DNA of 64,000 nucleotides from Sulfolobales archaeon HS-7 (lineage in GTDB: Archaea; Thermoproteota; Thermoprotei_A; Sulfolobales; Sulfolobaceae): NCBI GenBank assembly GCA_019704295.1, contig AP024596.1, positions 1,472,001-1,536,000 on the forward strand, written 5' to 3'. Below are positions 39,327-50,670 of this stretch, piece after piece (position 1 is the stretch's first letter; the number at the start of each line of letters is the position of its first letter). A program made the translations under genes and the position numbers. Under the pieces are notes generated by a model, which ran no database searches, was not told the origin of the DNA, and saw only the letters and a list, made by a program, of their open reading frames with translations.

Positions 39327-40526
39327 TTACGTACCTTCAATGAGCTCTTCCAACAATTGGATCATGTTAGGATAGTTGTAGTTCCTTTTGAGGGAAATCA
39401 CCGAGGTTTTATCCTCAAAAGTCTTGTTTTTCTTAACTATGGCAAAGTCCTCGCCGTCTACCGTTAGTGTTACGTCCTTGAAGAACGACATACAGTATAT
39501 AAGTTCCCCTGTCGATCCTTCGCTAGATGTGATAGGTGTTCTTAAAAGAAGTGTTTCCACACCAGAACTCTTAGCGGCATTACTAAGAGCTACGTCTGAG
39601 GTAGTCAATATTAGGGGGTCTGGAAGTTCTCTTTTCAGATCTCTGGCCTCCCTAATAAGTGGAATATCACCAGAGCCTTTTTCGATTGTAGTTATTGGTG
39701 GCTGATGTAACCTTTTATAGCTCATCATAGCTAGGTGGAACTTAACATTGCTATCTTTTTGAGTACTTTGAACGTGATTTAAGATCTCGTTATATACCGC
39801 CCTTGAAGCTAAGAGCTTTCTCCCGTCCTTTTTGTTCCACGTAAGTCTTCCAAGCCTCTCTTCTACATTCACGTATACGTTAGTATCAGCTAAGAGGTAC
39901 GCACCGCCGTTAACAAAATCCCCTATTTTCTCTTCCTCTTTGAACCTAATGAAACCTCCTCTCCTTGCGCAAATCTCTTCCTCAGAGTGCTCCTGTGGCT
40001 TGGGGTCGTAGTCGACCTTTCCTATAAAGGAGAACAGATTGTACACTGCCTCTATTCCTATTGGAGAAAGTTTGGATTCGGTAGGTAATCCTTCTATAGT
40101 TAACGGAGGTTCGTAAGCAACCTCATCTCCCGTCCTTACGTTATATACCTTTACCTGGTTCAGTGGAATGTAACCAAACACCTTATACCCCAACTCCTCC
40201 CTTTCCACATAGGCATACCTTACCTCCGCGGGTGTATAATTTAGGATGACCATAGCCATGTATTTCCTCCCTGGCGTCACATCAGCGACATCTACGTTAA
40301 GGGAGGAAATTTCTTCCCTCCACCTCTTTATCCCCTTTCCCACCATTCTGAGCTCTACGTCGGAGTCAATCCCCACGGATCTAAGTACAGGTCTCAAATC
40401 CTTGTCTACCTTGACCGATTCCGATAAGATGAGGATCTTATTAGGTTTGATTCCGGTAAAGATTTCCGTCATTATAGCATCCACTGTGGTGATCAGTTTA
40501 TCAGAACCTAAAGTTGCGAAGATCAT
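39327..40526 (-). CDS. CARF-PIN fusion protein (putative cyclic-oligoadenylate-regulated RNase)
   Basis: N-terminal IFATLG and VADVTPGRKYMA (CARF); YLLADTNVY, YNEI, GSGDIPLI and ILTTSD (PIN). Confidence 0.8.
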   Translation of the reverse strand: MIFATLGSDKLITTVDAIMTEIFTGIKPNKILILSESVKVDKDLRPVLRSVGIDSDVELRMVGKGIKRWREEISSLNVDVADVTPGRKYMAMVILNYTPAEVRYAYVEREELGYKVFGYIPLNQVKVYNVRTGDEVAYEPPLTIEGLPTESKLSPIGIEAVYNLFSFIGKVDYDPKPQEHSEEEICARRGGFIRFKEEEKIGDFVNGGAYLLADTNVYVNVEERLGRLTWNKKDGRKLLASRAVYNEILNHVQSTQKDSNVKFHLAMMSYKRLHQPPITTIEKGSGDIPLIREARDLKRELPDPLILTTSDVALSNAAKSSGVETLLLRTPITSSEGSTGELIYCMSFFKDVTLTVDGEDFAIVKKNKTFEDKTSVISLKRNYNYPNMIQLLEELIEGT

Positions 40527-41329
40527 AAATAATACTTGCTGTAGGGAAATTTATATTCGTATAGGATTGATGCTTCGCCTCTAACGCAGCCAAGGGAATA
40601 CTTAGTACGTATGGTTAGCTGCCTAAATGTCTCAGTTCTCGAAGTTCCTGTCTCGCACAACATGGGCTCCTTCAGACTTAACCGTTGTAGGGCCTTACTT
40701 TCCTCATTCCTAACGGTATGTGTTTTCCCGTGGAAGAATCTGGAGGAACTTACGCGCTGTCCAGGCGCTTCCATCTTAAGGAGAGGTAAAGGACGTGAGG
40801 TCCATGAGAAGAGATATTCCTTATCCCTATGAGGTCTCGCAGGATTATCAGACAATAGGCATTTAAGAAGTCTGCGAGACGTTAACACTGTAGCCGATAA
40901 GATACCCCATTATCCAATCGACAATCCTGTATGGTTATCCTGGATATAATTAGGCTACTTCTAGTAATCCCGAAGTAGTCTGAGCTGGGAGGAAAGCGTA
41001 TAGCCACATTCATGAAAATGGCTTACGCTGTGGGATTCATTATGTGCTTAGGAATACAAAACTGCACTTTTATGTGTTAATAAACTTAATGAGATCTAGA
41101 AAAGAGAAATTAAGAGCTTTTGAGTTCATATTGGGTAAGCATTACAGATTTTAACGCGATTTAAGTCAAATTTACGAAAATGTTACCTTAGAATGAGCTT
41201 CAAGACGTTATAGTGGGAAAGCGGATGTATCTTCAGAGTGCCCCTTAATCTGATTTACCCTCAATTACTATGTCTAACGAAGTGCTTAACTACAAGGAGT
41301 CCATGGTTTAGATTCCCCTATGGAGAAAA

Positions 41330-42175
41330 CTACTGATATGAGAGATTTTGTAGCCAGATTACGCAGAGATTCCAGTTACTTACGAAGCTGGAAACTCCCT
41401 CTGAATTAGCTAACGATTTTACTGTATTCCAGTACACATCACCTGGGTAATTAGCGTAACCAAGGGCTAACACAGTTAAGTTATAGCTTCTTAATATGTT
41501 AGTCTCATTAATTACACAAGTGGAATTCGAAAAGGATATTGTCCCTGGGGAAACTACTTGCGTCCCGTAATCCTCAAACATCACGAAATTTATCAACCTC
41601 GATATATTCTCCATTACGGAAAAACCCCTATTAACACCTATTACTGCGTTAGGATAATGAGTTCTTGTCCAATTAATTACAGATATTATTCCTTGAGCGA
41701 CACAGGGATATTGTTCTACAACATCGAGGTCGTCAAACATAACCCCTTGAAATCCCATGCTCATTACTATGGTAACTTGAGATTCAATATATTCTTGCCA
41801 TGCTGGAGAGGAAACATTAACTATGTATTGATCCCAAAGTTGATCGTAGCCTATAATTACGTTTGTCGGAGGAGTTAAGTTTCCTAAACTCATGTTCGCC
41901 ATTTCTCCAAGATCAATGTAAGCTATCTTAACCGCCTTTATCTGACTTAACTGTGAGGAATTGACTTGAGTGGGATCTATTATTACCCAAGAAAAGTTGT
42001 TCAACATTTGAATTACTGTAGTATTTATAGGACCGTAGTACACTGCGAATGTCGGTTCTACTACTTTAGCGGGTTGAATGGATTTCATTCCGTGAGAACC
42101 TCTAAAGTATATGTAAGTCGATAGCATAGATGTCAAAAATAAAAAAAGAAGTAAGATGGATATTGATTTACGCAT
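41330..42175 (-). CDS. Secreted GH114-like endo-alpha-1,4-polygalactosaminidase
   Basis: Signal/TM, FAVYYG, IAYIDLGE, GFQGVMFDDLD, NRGF, VMFED. Start chosen at MRKS. Confidence 0.8.
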   Translation of the reverse strand: MRKSISILLLFLFLTSMLSTYIYFRGSHGMKSIQPAKVVEPTFAVYYGPINTTVIQMLNNFSWVIIDPTQVNSSQLSQIKAVKIAYIDLGEMANMSLGNLTPPTNVIIGYDQLWDQYIVNVSSPAWQEYIESQVTIVMSMGFQGVMFDDLDVVEQYPCVAQGIISVINWTRTHYPNAVIGVNRGFSVMENISRLINFVMFEDYGTQVVSPGTISFSNSTCVINETNILRSYNLTVLALGYANYPGDVYWNTVKSLANSEGVSSFVSNWNLCVIWLQNLSYQ

Positions 42176-42894
42176 GATTACGAAGACTGAGAACGAGATA
42201 ATAAGTTCTCTCAATACCGATATAACCTAGTTATATTTGTATCGGCGTATGCCTTTACATTTTTAACAACCTAGTCTCTCTGCCTTTTAACTATTGGAAC
42301 TTAGGAATGTGTTAGCCGTAAGACTTAAGAATATCGTCATGTATCCATTAGTTTCTCTGTTATTGCTGTTATTTCGTCAATTCCTATTTTGCTTTCGTGT
42401 TTTAATAATAGAAACATGAGGCACTAGAAATTTCATTCTAATAGCCAAGGTCACGTGAAGTTCAGAGAGGTTTGACAAATAAGGACGGAATCGCTTTACA
42501 GCAAAACTTCGAAAGATATATAGATTTCCACAGAAAAACAGAACCACCATAGACCCTTTCGATACATGCATTTGCCTAGGTTAGTATTTGCAGTAAATTT
42601 TACCTTTATGAAATTTTACATTTTCTTTAATAATATTTATAGAATTACTAACATATTTGCCGTGTAATTAATAGGTTGGAGGGATAAAAATGAGTTAATT
42701 AAAGGAAAGTATTACTGATGTCCTTTTTCGCTAAATAGCAGACGAGTCTTCGATCGCGCATAAGCAGGACTGTCCCTGTACCTTACTTAGCCTAAATCAA
42801 ATCGGGTTTACTCTTCGCCACAAACTCAAAGCTTTCCGTCTCTCTCACTTTTAATTTCTGTGAAATCTTAGAACTTTAGAAAAATTCGGAAAGT

Positions 42895-44058
42895 TTAAAC
42901 CCCGTTCTTCTTACGACCTTTCATAATTAGCGAGGAATATCCATTGAGTATTTCGCTTGGAATGGGTTTTCCTATTTCTTTAATGCTAAAATCATCAAAC
43001 TCCCTTATCAATTCCTCAAACGCTATTCTCGCCTCAAGTCTTGCTAAGGACGCCCCCAAACACATATGTGTTCCACCTCCAAAACTGAGATGAGGATTGG
43101 GTTTCCTGAAAGCTTCGAATTCCTCTGAATTCGGAAAAACCTCCTCATCCCTATTGGCAGACGCTATCCATACCTTTACGTAATCTCCCCTTCTTAGGGT
43201 TAGTCCCCTTATGGATATATCGTCCTTTACTATTCTAGTAGTTCTTCTGACGGGGGGATGGTACCTAAGAACCTCCTCTAAAGCTAGGGTAAGGTTCCCT
43301 GGCTGTATTGAATGGTACCTTGAGTTTTCAACAAACGCTATCATGGCGTTAGTGAGGAAATTCGTGGTTGTCTCATTCCCCGCAGCTAATAACAGGAATA
43401 CGTAACCTAAAACCTCCGTTAGAGATAGCCTTTTTCCTCCCGTCATTCCGTTAGAGATCACAGATATGAGATCCCTCCCTTTTCTCTCACTTCTCTCCTT
43501 TACTAACGTAGATAGATATTCCATACTTTCTACGAATTTCTCCATGGAAAGAGGTTTATCTCCCTGACCTAGCATTAACGCCACGTTGTCCGACCATTCC
43601 TTAAACCTTCCCCTATCTTCCTCAGGTAGTCCCAACATCTCCGCTATAACCATAATGGGAAGGGGGATCGCGAAGTCCTTTACGAAGTCAAAAGTCTCCC
43701 CCAGACTATTAATAAGCGCTCTGACAACCTTTGTGATGAACTGTTCATAGGAGGAGAGGGATTGTGGGGAGAAAAGTTCGATAGTTATGTTCTTTAATTC
43801 ATCATGTATCGGAGGATCTGTAGTGAGCATTGTATAGTAAATGGGGAGACCTGCAATTCCCTCGGATTGTCTCAATTCCTCGGCCACTTTCTCGTCATAA
43901 TTAGTTAATTTAGAGGAGAAAATAGATGTATCTATTAACGCTCTTCTCACATCATCGTATTTAAATAGATGCCATACTTCTCCATCAAAGTAAACTGGAT
44001 TCTCACGTCTCATAATCCGAAACCAATTAAAAATGTCGCCAAGGGAAGTATATGACAT
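42895..44058 (-). CDS. Cytochrome P450, CYP119-like
   Basis: MLTTDPPIHD, AGNETTT, EEVLR, SANRDE, HLSFGGGTHMCLG heme motif. Confidence 0.96.
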   Translation of the reverse strand: MSYTSLGDIFNWFRIMRRENPVYFDGEVWHLFKYDDVRRALIDTSIFSSKLTNYDEKVAEELRQSEGIAGLPIYYTMLTTDPPIHDELKNITIELFSPQSLSSYEQFITKVVRALINSLGETFDFVKDFAIPLPIMVIAEMLGLPEEDRGRFKEWSDNVALMLGQGDKPLSMEKFVESMEYLSTLVKERSERKGRDLISVISNGMTGGKRLSLTEVLGYVFLLLAAGNETTTNFLTNAMIAFVENSRYHSIQPGNLTLALEEVLRYHPPVRRTTRIVKDDISIRGLTLRRGDYVKVWIASANRDEEVFPNSEEFEAFRKPNPHLSFGGGTHMCLGASLARLEARIAFEELIREFDDFSIKEIGKPIPSEILNGYSSLIMKGRKKNGV

Positions 44059-44415
44059 AAAGAGTATTTCCTACAAAACATAAAAAACTTTTAGATATAT
44101 CTGCTTTGGCCCATATGGTAACTACCAATTTCTTTACTTCTACTCACATAATTCAGTAGTGTAGCTGTGTAAAACTCCTCTACTGATAATTTTTCAGTAA
44201 GACGGAGAAAATTTTCAGCTAAAAAGTGTCGTTAAAAACACATCTTTTGCAGAACCCTTGTGCCTCATCTTGCAAAGAAGGGCTCCATAAACGCTAAAGG
44301 TATTAAGTATCAGACTCGTTTAAGGTAGGGAAATATAAGATATTTTAAAAAGGGGGTTTACAATATTAATTAGTCTACCGTGAACCTTTTTAAATCTACC
44401 ATTAGTTATTATGTA

Positions 44416-46071
44416 ATGAGAAGTACAACCCGTCTTTCACTTTCACTTAATGGCTTTTGGCATTTCAAGACAGGAGGCAATTCCTTCGAGGAACTCAGAG
44501 AGGGAGATCTCATATACGTTCCCTCCGCGTGGAATAACCAAAATCCTATGTGGTTTGATTTCGAAGGAATCTCCTGGTATCAAAGAACGGTTTACGTACC
44601 AAATCTTCCGGGTAAGGTTCTGCTTACTTCTGGAGGAATTGTGGGAAAATGTGAGGTTTGGGTAAATGGAGAAAAGGAGGGGTCATTCGACCTCTCGTAC
44701 ATCCCATTCTTAATCCATCTAAAGAACGTAAAGAAAGGGGATGAAAACTGGATTTCTCTAAAGGTTGACAACACCCTCTCTTTACTCGATTTTCCCCCAG
44801 GAAACAGTCACAGGCAGACAGCATTTGATTTTTACCATTATGGCGGTCTCATTAGAGATGTTGGAATTGTAATAGTACCCGAAGAGGGGCTTGAAAAGGT
44901 AAATTTTAACACGGATAGCAGGGGACATCTGAAATTAAAATTTGACACCAACTGCGATGGATGTGAGGCTAAGTTAAATATACCAGCATTAGGCTTTTCT
45001 AAGAGTGTCTCTACTGAGGACGAGGTATTAATTCCCGGTGTAAAACAGTGGTCTATAGATGGCCCTCGCCTTTACGAGGTAAAGTTAGAACTTACTAAAG
45101 GAGAGGAAGTAAAAGATAACGTCATTCACAAACTGGGATTTAGAGACCTAATTGTTGAGGGCGAGGACATTTTACTTAATGGAAGAAAAATATTCCTTAA
45201 GGGGTTCGGTAGACATGAGGATTTTCCGGTTACCGGGAAATACGTCCCCGGTTCCGTTCTCATAAGGGAATTCAACCTCATGAAGGCAGTTCACGCTAAC
45301 TCCTTTAGGACGTCACATTACCCTTATTCAACAGAGAACCTAGAACTCGCTGACGAAATGGGTTTCCTCGTTATACTAGAGGCCCCTCTCTCTTACTCTA
45401 CCCTTAATCACATTACGAAAGATTTCTCTATGTTCTCAAGCGACGATTACCTTAGTAGGGCAAAAAGGGTCATAGAGCATATTGTAGATTACTACGGGAA
45501 CTATACGTCGGTAGTTATGTTCAGCGTAGCGAACGAACCTCCTTCTGATAGGGAAAACGTGACGGATTTCCTGAAAGAACTAATACTAACCGTAAAACAA
45601 AGGGACAGCAGACCAGTAACCTTTGCCTCAAATCATTGGAGCGCGGATAAGGCGATACAGTACTGTGACGTGATATCGCTTAACTTCTACTTCGGATGGT
45701 ACTCAGAACACAATCAGATTGATGTCGGCGTGAAGAAGGCAGAAGAGGAATTAGATAAGGTTAAGCGATTTGAAAAGCCTATATTGATAACGGAGTTTGG
45801 TGCAGATGCGATAGCGGGATTTCACTCCGAACCTCCGGTGGAATGGAGCGAAGAGTATCAATCGGAATTGCTGTCAAAGTATATAGACGCTCTTTCAAGA
45901 AAGGGAGTAGCGGGAATTCACATATGGAATTTAGTGGAATTTAGGACTTACTCAAGTCCCTCTAGAACTGGATTTAACAGAAAGGGCATACTAACTAGGG
46001 AAAGAGAACCAAAGAGCTCTTATTTCGCAGTAAAGAGTATATTCGGTTCCTTAAAAGACTTTAATGAATAA
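44416..46071 (+). CDS. GH2 beta-glucuronidase-like glycosidase
   Basis: SLNGFWHF, FDFYHYGG, LKGFGRHED, NSFRTSHYPY, ANEP, ITEFGAD, NRKG. ATG at 44416 preferred. Confidence 0.93.
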   Translation: MRSTTRLSLSLNGFWHFKTGGNSFEELREGDLIYVPSAWNNQNPMWFDFEGISWYQRTVYVPNLPGKVLLTSGGIVGKCEVWVNGEKEGSFDLSYIPFLIHLKNVKKGDENWISLKVDNTLSLLDFPPGNSHRQTAFDFYHYGGLIRDVGIVIVPEEGLEKVNFNTDSRGHLKLKFDTNCDGCEAKLNIPALGFSKSVSTEDEVLIPGVKQWSIDGPRLYEVKLELTKGEEVKDNVIHKLGFRDLIVEGEDILLNGRKIFLKGFGRHEDFPVTGKYVPGSVLIREFNLMKAVHANSFRTSHYPYSTENLELADEMGFLVILEAPLSYSTLNHITKDFSMFSSDDYLSRAKRVIEHIVDYYGNYTSVVMFSVANEPPSDRENVTDFLKELILTVKQRDSRPVTFASNHWSADKAIQYCDVISLNFYFGWYSEHNQIDVGVKKAEEELDKVKRFEKPILITEFGADAIAGFHSEPPVEWSEEYQSELLSKYIDALSRKGVAGIHIWNLVEFRTYSSPSRTGFNRKGILTREREPKSSYFAVKSIFGSLKDFNE

Positions 46072-46157
46072 ACGTGGTGCTCCTACATATATTTGCATTA
46101 TGAAGATGGAATTATACCAAGTGAAAAACTTTTAAACTGAAAGTCTTACGATTTTGT

Positions 46158-47966
46158 ATGAAAATAGGGTTAATATTCCTGACGTTATTGGTCTTAACTC
46201 TTGTAGTCTTCATGCCACTAATTCCACAATCTGCCACAGAAATCACATTAAATGGTAAATACAAGTTTTCAAACCTCCTTATTGGCACAGTACCCTTTGA
46301 CAAGGGATACGTTCAGATAGATTTTAATGGAGTACTTTATTTTTCTGAAGAGGTATTAGAGAGTGAATTTGGCATTCACATTACACCTAAGGGTATATCA
46401 GGCTACACAACAATGAGTTACACAGCAAATGGTGCTAACTCTAGTGATATAGTAAATGCCTCTGCACTTTACACAGCTTACGCTTATTACGGGAACGACG
46501 TTTACATATATTTAGTTTCTCCTTCAAGCAACTTCACATCAATGGACCTTCGATACGTCATCTTTAACGGCAACTTATTCTTTGGAAATGGCGAACTGAT
46601 ATCTAGTGGGTTTGTAGTAGGTGCATTGGGTAACGATTCCTCTTTAGCAGTCCTTTGGAAACCCTCTCTTAACGCTAGCGATACTTTCCTCTTAACTTAC
46701 ATTCAAAATAGATTGGTGTCAAACGTATCGTTACAGCAGAATGTTAATTTTATCCTTAGCCTCAACTCTCAGAACGAGTTAATTTCGTTTCAGCAGTTAC
46801 TCTCCTACAACGGCAGGGAACTCTCAGTATTTAACACAAGTGTAGACCGTAATGGGACGAGCATTTACGTTGCATCTTTCGCCACAAACGGAAAAGAGAT
46901 TGGGAAATTACCCGTCCTAGAGGCTGCAGGAGACAGCGGATACCCCTACAACTTTGCCTACGTACTTAACAATAGTAATACCCTTTACATATCATCCTCT
47001 ACTGGAATTGCGCGAGAGATAAACCTAAGTTTCACGCCGAAAGGCATAGAAACGTTCTCCCTTGACAGATACGTTATATTATCTAAAGAGATATACTCTA
47101 CACAAAACGAGATAATCCTGGAGGACTACATGGTTGTTCTAAACAGTCCTAAGGTCAGTTGTTATCCTATAGGAGATACGACCATATCCATAAACACCGG
47201 TTATTCAGGCACCAACGCTGGTTATTCCGGTACCGAGATAAACATAACCAATTATCACACAACGATTTACGCTTTTCCTGACGTGCTGCACATGTATGAG
47301 TTTAACGCTTCTGTTAGCTACTCATTTAATTCCGTAATGGAAGCGCAGGCTACTATCTATCTATCCGGGTTTTACGTAGTAAACCAGACGAGAAGCTATC
47401 CCCCATCACCGGCGATAGCAGTTAATGAGGTAAATACCACTAACTCGACAATTCTGGAGCTTTCCTACAACGATTCAAACTGTATTTTTGGACATTTCTA
47501 CGTAAGAGTAAATGGAACTACCGTATTGACTTCAGTTAACCCGTTTGGTACTGGAAACTATACAGTAACCAGTAGCGGAGATTACAACGTAACTGTTGAG
47601 GTTTGTGGAATATTGGGGAATGCTACCACTTCTAAGGAGATTATAGTTGAAGTGCCGGTAGTGACGACAACAACGACAACCAGTACTACCACAACCACTT
47701 CAACTACTACAACGTCTACTAATACAAGTACCTCATCTACGACGAGTAGTCAAACAACGACCACTACTCAAACAAGTACCACTAGTACCACGACAAGTTC
47801 GAGCTCTGCTACATCAACTACAGAGACAACTCAGAGTGTCGTATCAACGCTTAGCAGTGTACCTCCCTCAAGCACATCTAGTACAGTGTCTACGATCGCG
47901 ATTGCGGTTGTCATCGTTGTGGTAATCCTGGTTATTGTAGGAATTTTGCTCCTCAGAAGAAGGTAA
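46158..47966 (+). CDS. Cell-surface glycoprotein with Thr/Ser-rich stalk and C-terminal membrane anchor
   Basis: Signal peptide, many NxS/T sequons, long T/S tract, TM ending LLLRRR. Confidence 0.85.
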   Translation: MKIGLIFLTLLVLTLVVFMPLIPQSATEITLNGKYKFSNLLIGTVPFDKGYVQIDFNGVLYFSEEVLESEFGIHITPKGISGYTTMSYTANGANSSDIVNASALYTAYAYYGNDVYIYLVSPSSNFTSMDLRYVIFNGNLFFGNGELISSGFVVGALGNDSSLAVLWKPSLNASDTFLLTYIQNRLVSNVSLQQNVNFILSLNSQNELISFQQLLSYNGRELSVFNTSVDRNGTSIYVASFATNGKEIGKLPVLEAAGDSGYPYNFAYVLNNSNTLYISSSTGIAREINLSFTPKGIETFSLDRYVILSKEIYSTQNEIILEDYMVVLNSPKVSCYPIGDTTISINTGYSGTNAGYSGTEINITNYHTTIYAFPDVLHMYEFNASVSYSFNSVMEAQATIYLSGFYVVNQTRSYPPSPAIAVNEVNTTNSTILELSYNDSNCIFGHFYVRVNGTTVLTSVNPFGTGNYTVTSSGDYNVTVEVCGILGNATTSKEIIVEVPVVTTTTTTSTTTTTSTTTTSTNTSTSSTTSSQTTTTTQTSTTSTTTSSSSATSTTETTQSVVSTLSSVPPSSTSSTVSTIAIAVVIVVVILVIVGILLLRRR

Positions 47967-47998
47967 CCCTTTTATACGATTTTAATCCCTTTTTCTCT

Positions 47999-50035
47999 AT
48001 GGTTAAAGTTAACTCAAGTTTTTACGTGAAAGGCGGAATGCCTCTAGGAGGGATAGGAGCTGGAAAGATAGAGATAACGCCTAGAGGAGAGTTAGTGAAC
48101 TTTAACCTCGGAAATAACTGGTCTAAGCCGATAAGGAAGCTAGAGGCTTTCCACATACTAGTAAAACCTGAAAAAGGAGAACCCTTTCTACTCCAGGACC
48201 CAGTTACACCGTTCTACTATTTGCCCAATTTATCAACGCCCCTAGAGGGAGACATGAAATATCCTATCGCTAACCTCATCGCAAAAAGGGGGGATGTAGA
48301 GGCTAGAGTAACGTACTTTTCTGCCTTAATTCCTGAGGACGTTGACGACTCCTCACTTCCAGCAGTGGGAATTTACGTAAGGACTAACGCAAAGGCCACA
48401 TTAGCGCTTTCTTTTCCGAATGTCATGGGGATTAACGCCTCGGGTAGGGTAAATAGACGGGTGAAGGACGGATTCTCCTCTATTAACGCAAGGGCTAATC
48501 CTTACGATCACCTTGCGGGCGAGACTTACGTGATCTCCAATGACCCGAAAAGGGTTATTACCCAGTATAACGCGAATGGAGGTAGGGAGAGAGAAAAGAC
48601 CCTTAGACCAGGGAAGTTTTTCGAGAACGAAGACGTCTGGAAAGCCTTTCTCTCTGGTGAGGAAATAAAAGAGGAAGCGGGGGAGTCCATGGGTTCGTAT
48701 TACCTTCCCGCAGGGATGATAATCACGGAGGGAGAGGCGAAGTTCGTTATTTCCTGGTATATGAGGCATCCCTCTACGGAATTTCCGTATAGACACTACT
48801 ATACTAATCTCTTTGAAAGTGCAATAGAGGTAGGGAGGTATTTCCTTGACAACTTCGATGAATTTCTAAGGAGGACTATTAAATGGCAGGACTCCCTTAT
48901 CGACCCCAGCCTGCCGGATTGGCTTAAGGATGCAATAATTAACAGTACTTACGTTTTAACATCCTCGGCGTGGCTTGATGAAAAAGGTAGGTTCTCATTG
49001 CTGGAAGCGCCTGAGGTAGGTCCTATGGTCGGGACTGTAGGGGGGTTCGCCTACGAAACGGGAACCCTTCCGATCGTCCTCTTATTCCCTAAACTTGAGG
49101 AGAAATTTCTAAGGGAGTTAGCTAAGTCAATTAGAGATGACGGTTACATTCCTCACGACCTAGGTACTTTCTCCTTTGACTCTCCATCTGATGGCACTAC
49201 AGCTCCTCCCAAGTGGAAGGATACGAATCCGACATTTACCCTCTTAGTACTAAGGTATTTTAAAATAACTAACGATATGGACTTTCTCAGGGAAATGTAC
49301 CCTTACCTAAAAAGGGCAATGGATTGGTTCCTCTCCCAGGATAAGGACGCAGACGGTTTACCGGAGTTAGAGGGAAGTTGCGACACCGGTTACGACTGCG
49401 TACCGATGAAAGGTTGGAGTTCGTACACTTCCACTCTTGCAATTACCTCCTATCTAGCTCAAAGGGAAGTAGCATCGGTTCTACATGATGCAGGAGAGGT
49501 CGAGAGAATGAATGAAGTTTTGCAGAAGTCAAGGAAATCGCTTTTATCCACTTTTGATGGCAAGAAATTTAAGGCGTGGAAGTATTCCCCTGAGTCCTTT
49601 GTTTTTGCGGCTCAGCTTACTGGTTCCTGGTGGTCGTTCCTCTTAGGTTTAGAGGAAGTGGTTTCCGAGGATGTGATCAAAGTGATCCTTAGGACTGTAA
49701 GGGAGTATAACGGAAAGGCCTCCCCATACTGCACGCCAAATATGGTTACTGAAGATGGTTCTGAGGTTGATATAGACTCCCAACTCACCTCATCCTGGCC
49801 TAGACTTGTCTTCTCCATTTCCTCCCTGGGTTATAGAAGGGAGTCCCACGAGTGGCAAAATATAGCAAAGAAGGAATGGGATAATCTCGTCAGGGAGGGA
49901 CTGATCTGGAATTTCCCTTCAATAATTCACGGATGGGACGGTAAACCAGACAACCCCTTTCTTGATCATTACATAGGGAGTCCCGCACTTTGGAGTTTTA
50001 CCTACCATTACTCAATGAGGGCGTCTAAAAAATGA
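47999..50035 (+). CDS. GH116 glycoside hydrolase
   Basis: GMPLGGIGAG, SSLP, IPHDLG, WKD, DKDADGLPE, DTGYD. Confidence 0.92.
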   Translation: MVKVNSSFYVKGGMPLGGIGAGKIEITPRGELVNFNLGNNWSKPIRKLEAFHILVKPEKGEPFLLQDPVTPFYYLPNLSTPLEGDMKYPIANLIAKRGDVEARVTYFSALIPEDVDDSSLPAVGIYVRTNAKATLALSFPNVMGINASGRVNRRVKDGFSSINARANPYDHLAGETYVISNDPKRVITQYNANGGREREKTLRPGKFFENEDVWKAFLSGEEIKEEAGESMGSYYLPAGMIITEGEAKFVISWYMRHPSTEFPYRHYYTNLFESAIEVGRYFLDNFDEFLRRTIKWQDSLIDPSLPDWLKDAIINSTYVLTSSAWLDEKGRFSLLEAPEVGPMVGTVGGFAYETGTLPIVLLFPKLEEKFLRELAKSIRDDGYIPHDLGTFSFDSPSDGTTAPPKWKDTNPTFTLLVLRYFKITNDMDFLREMYPYLKRAMDWFLSQDKDADGLPELEGSCDTGYDCVPMKGWSSYTSTLAITSYLAQREVASVLHDAGEVERMNEVLQKSRKSLLSTFDGKKFKAWKYSPESFVFAAQLTGSWWSFLLGLEEVVSEDVIKVILRTVREYNGKASPYCTPNMVTEDGSEVDIDSQLTSSWPRLVFSISSLGYRRESHEWQNIAKKEWDNLVREGLIWNFPSIIHGWDGKPDNPFLDHYIGSPALWSFTYHYSMRASKK

Positions 50036-50670
50036 GATTGCTTTTTGTAGCGCCCCATCCTGACGATGAATGCGACAACGCCGGCGGCACTCTTCTGAGG
50101 CTATCTAGGAGGGGTGTGGAAATAGCCGTTCTCTACCTTACTGATGGACGAAAGGGTTCTCCGTGTTCATGGGAAAGGGGGAAGAGACTTGCGGAGATTA
50201 GGAGAGCTGAGGCAGTAGCAGGTCTTAAGTGGGCGGGAATAAAGAGATGGTTCTTTCTTTCCTATTCCGACGGAGAGTTAATCAAGAATGTGAATGTAGC
50301 GTTCTTTCAAGTCAAGAGAGTAATTACGGAATTCTCTCCGCACGTAATTATATATCCCTCTGAATTTGACTCTCATCCAGATCATAGAGCTGGAGGCCTA
50401 ATCGTGAAAAAGATAGATTACCCGTCTCTCTTGTTAAGTTACGTCAACTGGGGCGGCGCGAAGGAAATTGCAGAGGTGCTTCTCGTTCCCGTGAGCGACT
50501 TGATTCAGGAGAAACTTAAATTCGGACGTTTTCATAAAAGCCAGTTTAAGTACTTCGACGGAGATTACATACGAAAGTTCTTCCTTGCTGAGAACGAGAG
50601 GTTCTTCATAAAGAAGAAGGTGAATTTACCAGAATTTCTGAAACTCACGCACGGAAAAATAATAGGCTAA
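50032..50670 (+). CDS. PIG-L/LmbE family N-deacetylase
   Basis: APHPDDE, LTDG, RRAE, HPDH, HKSQ. Confidence 0.92.
   Translation: MRLLFVAPHPDDECDNAGGTLLRLSRRGVEIAVLYLTDGRKGSPCSWERGKRLAEIRRAEAVAGLKWAGIKRWFFLSYSDGELIKNVNVAFFQVKRVITEFSPHVIIYPSEFDSHPDHRAGGLIVKKIDYPSLLLSYVNWGGAKEIAEVLLVPVSDLIQEKLKFGRFHKSQFKYFDGDYIRKFFLAENERFFIKKKVNLPEFLKLTHGKIIG

Noticed and set aside
40523-40888. Overlapping 121-aa and 73-aa ORFs
   Set aside because: No recognisable motifs and atypical composition.
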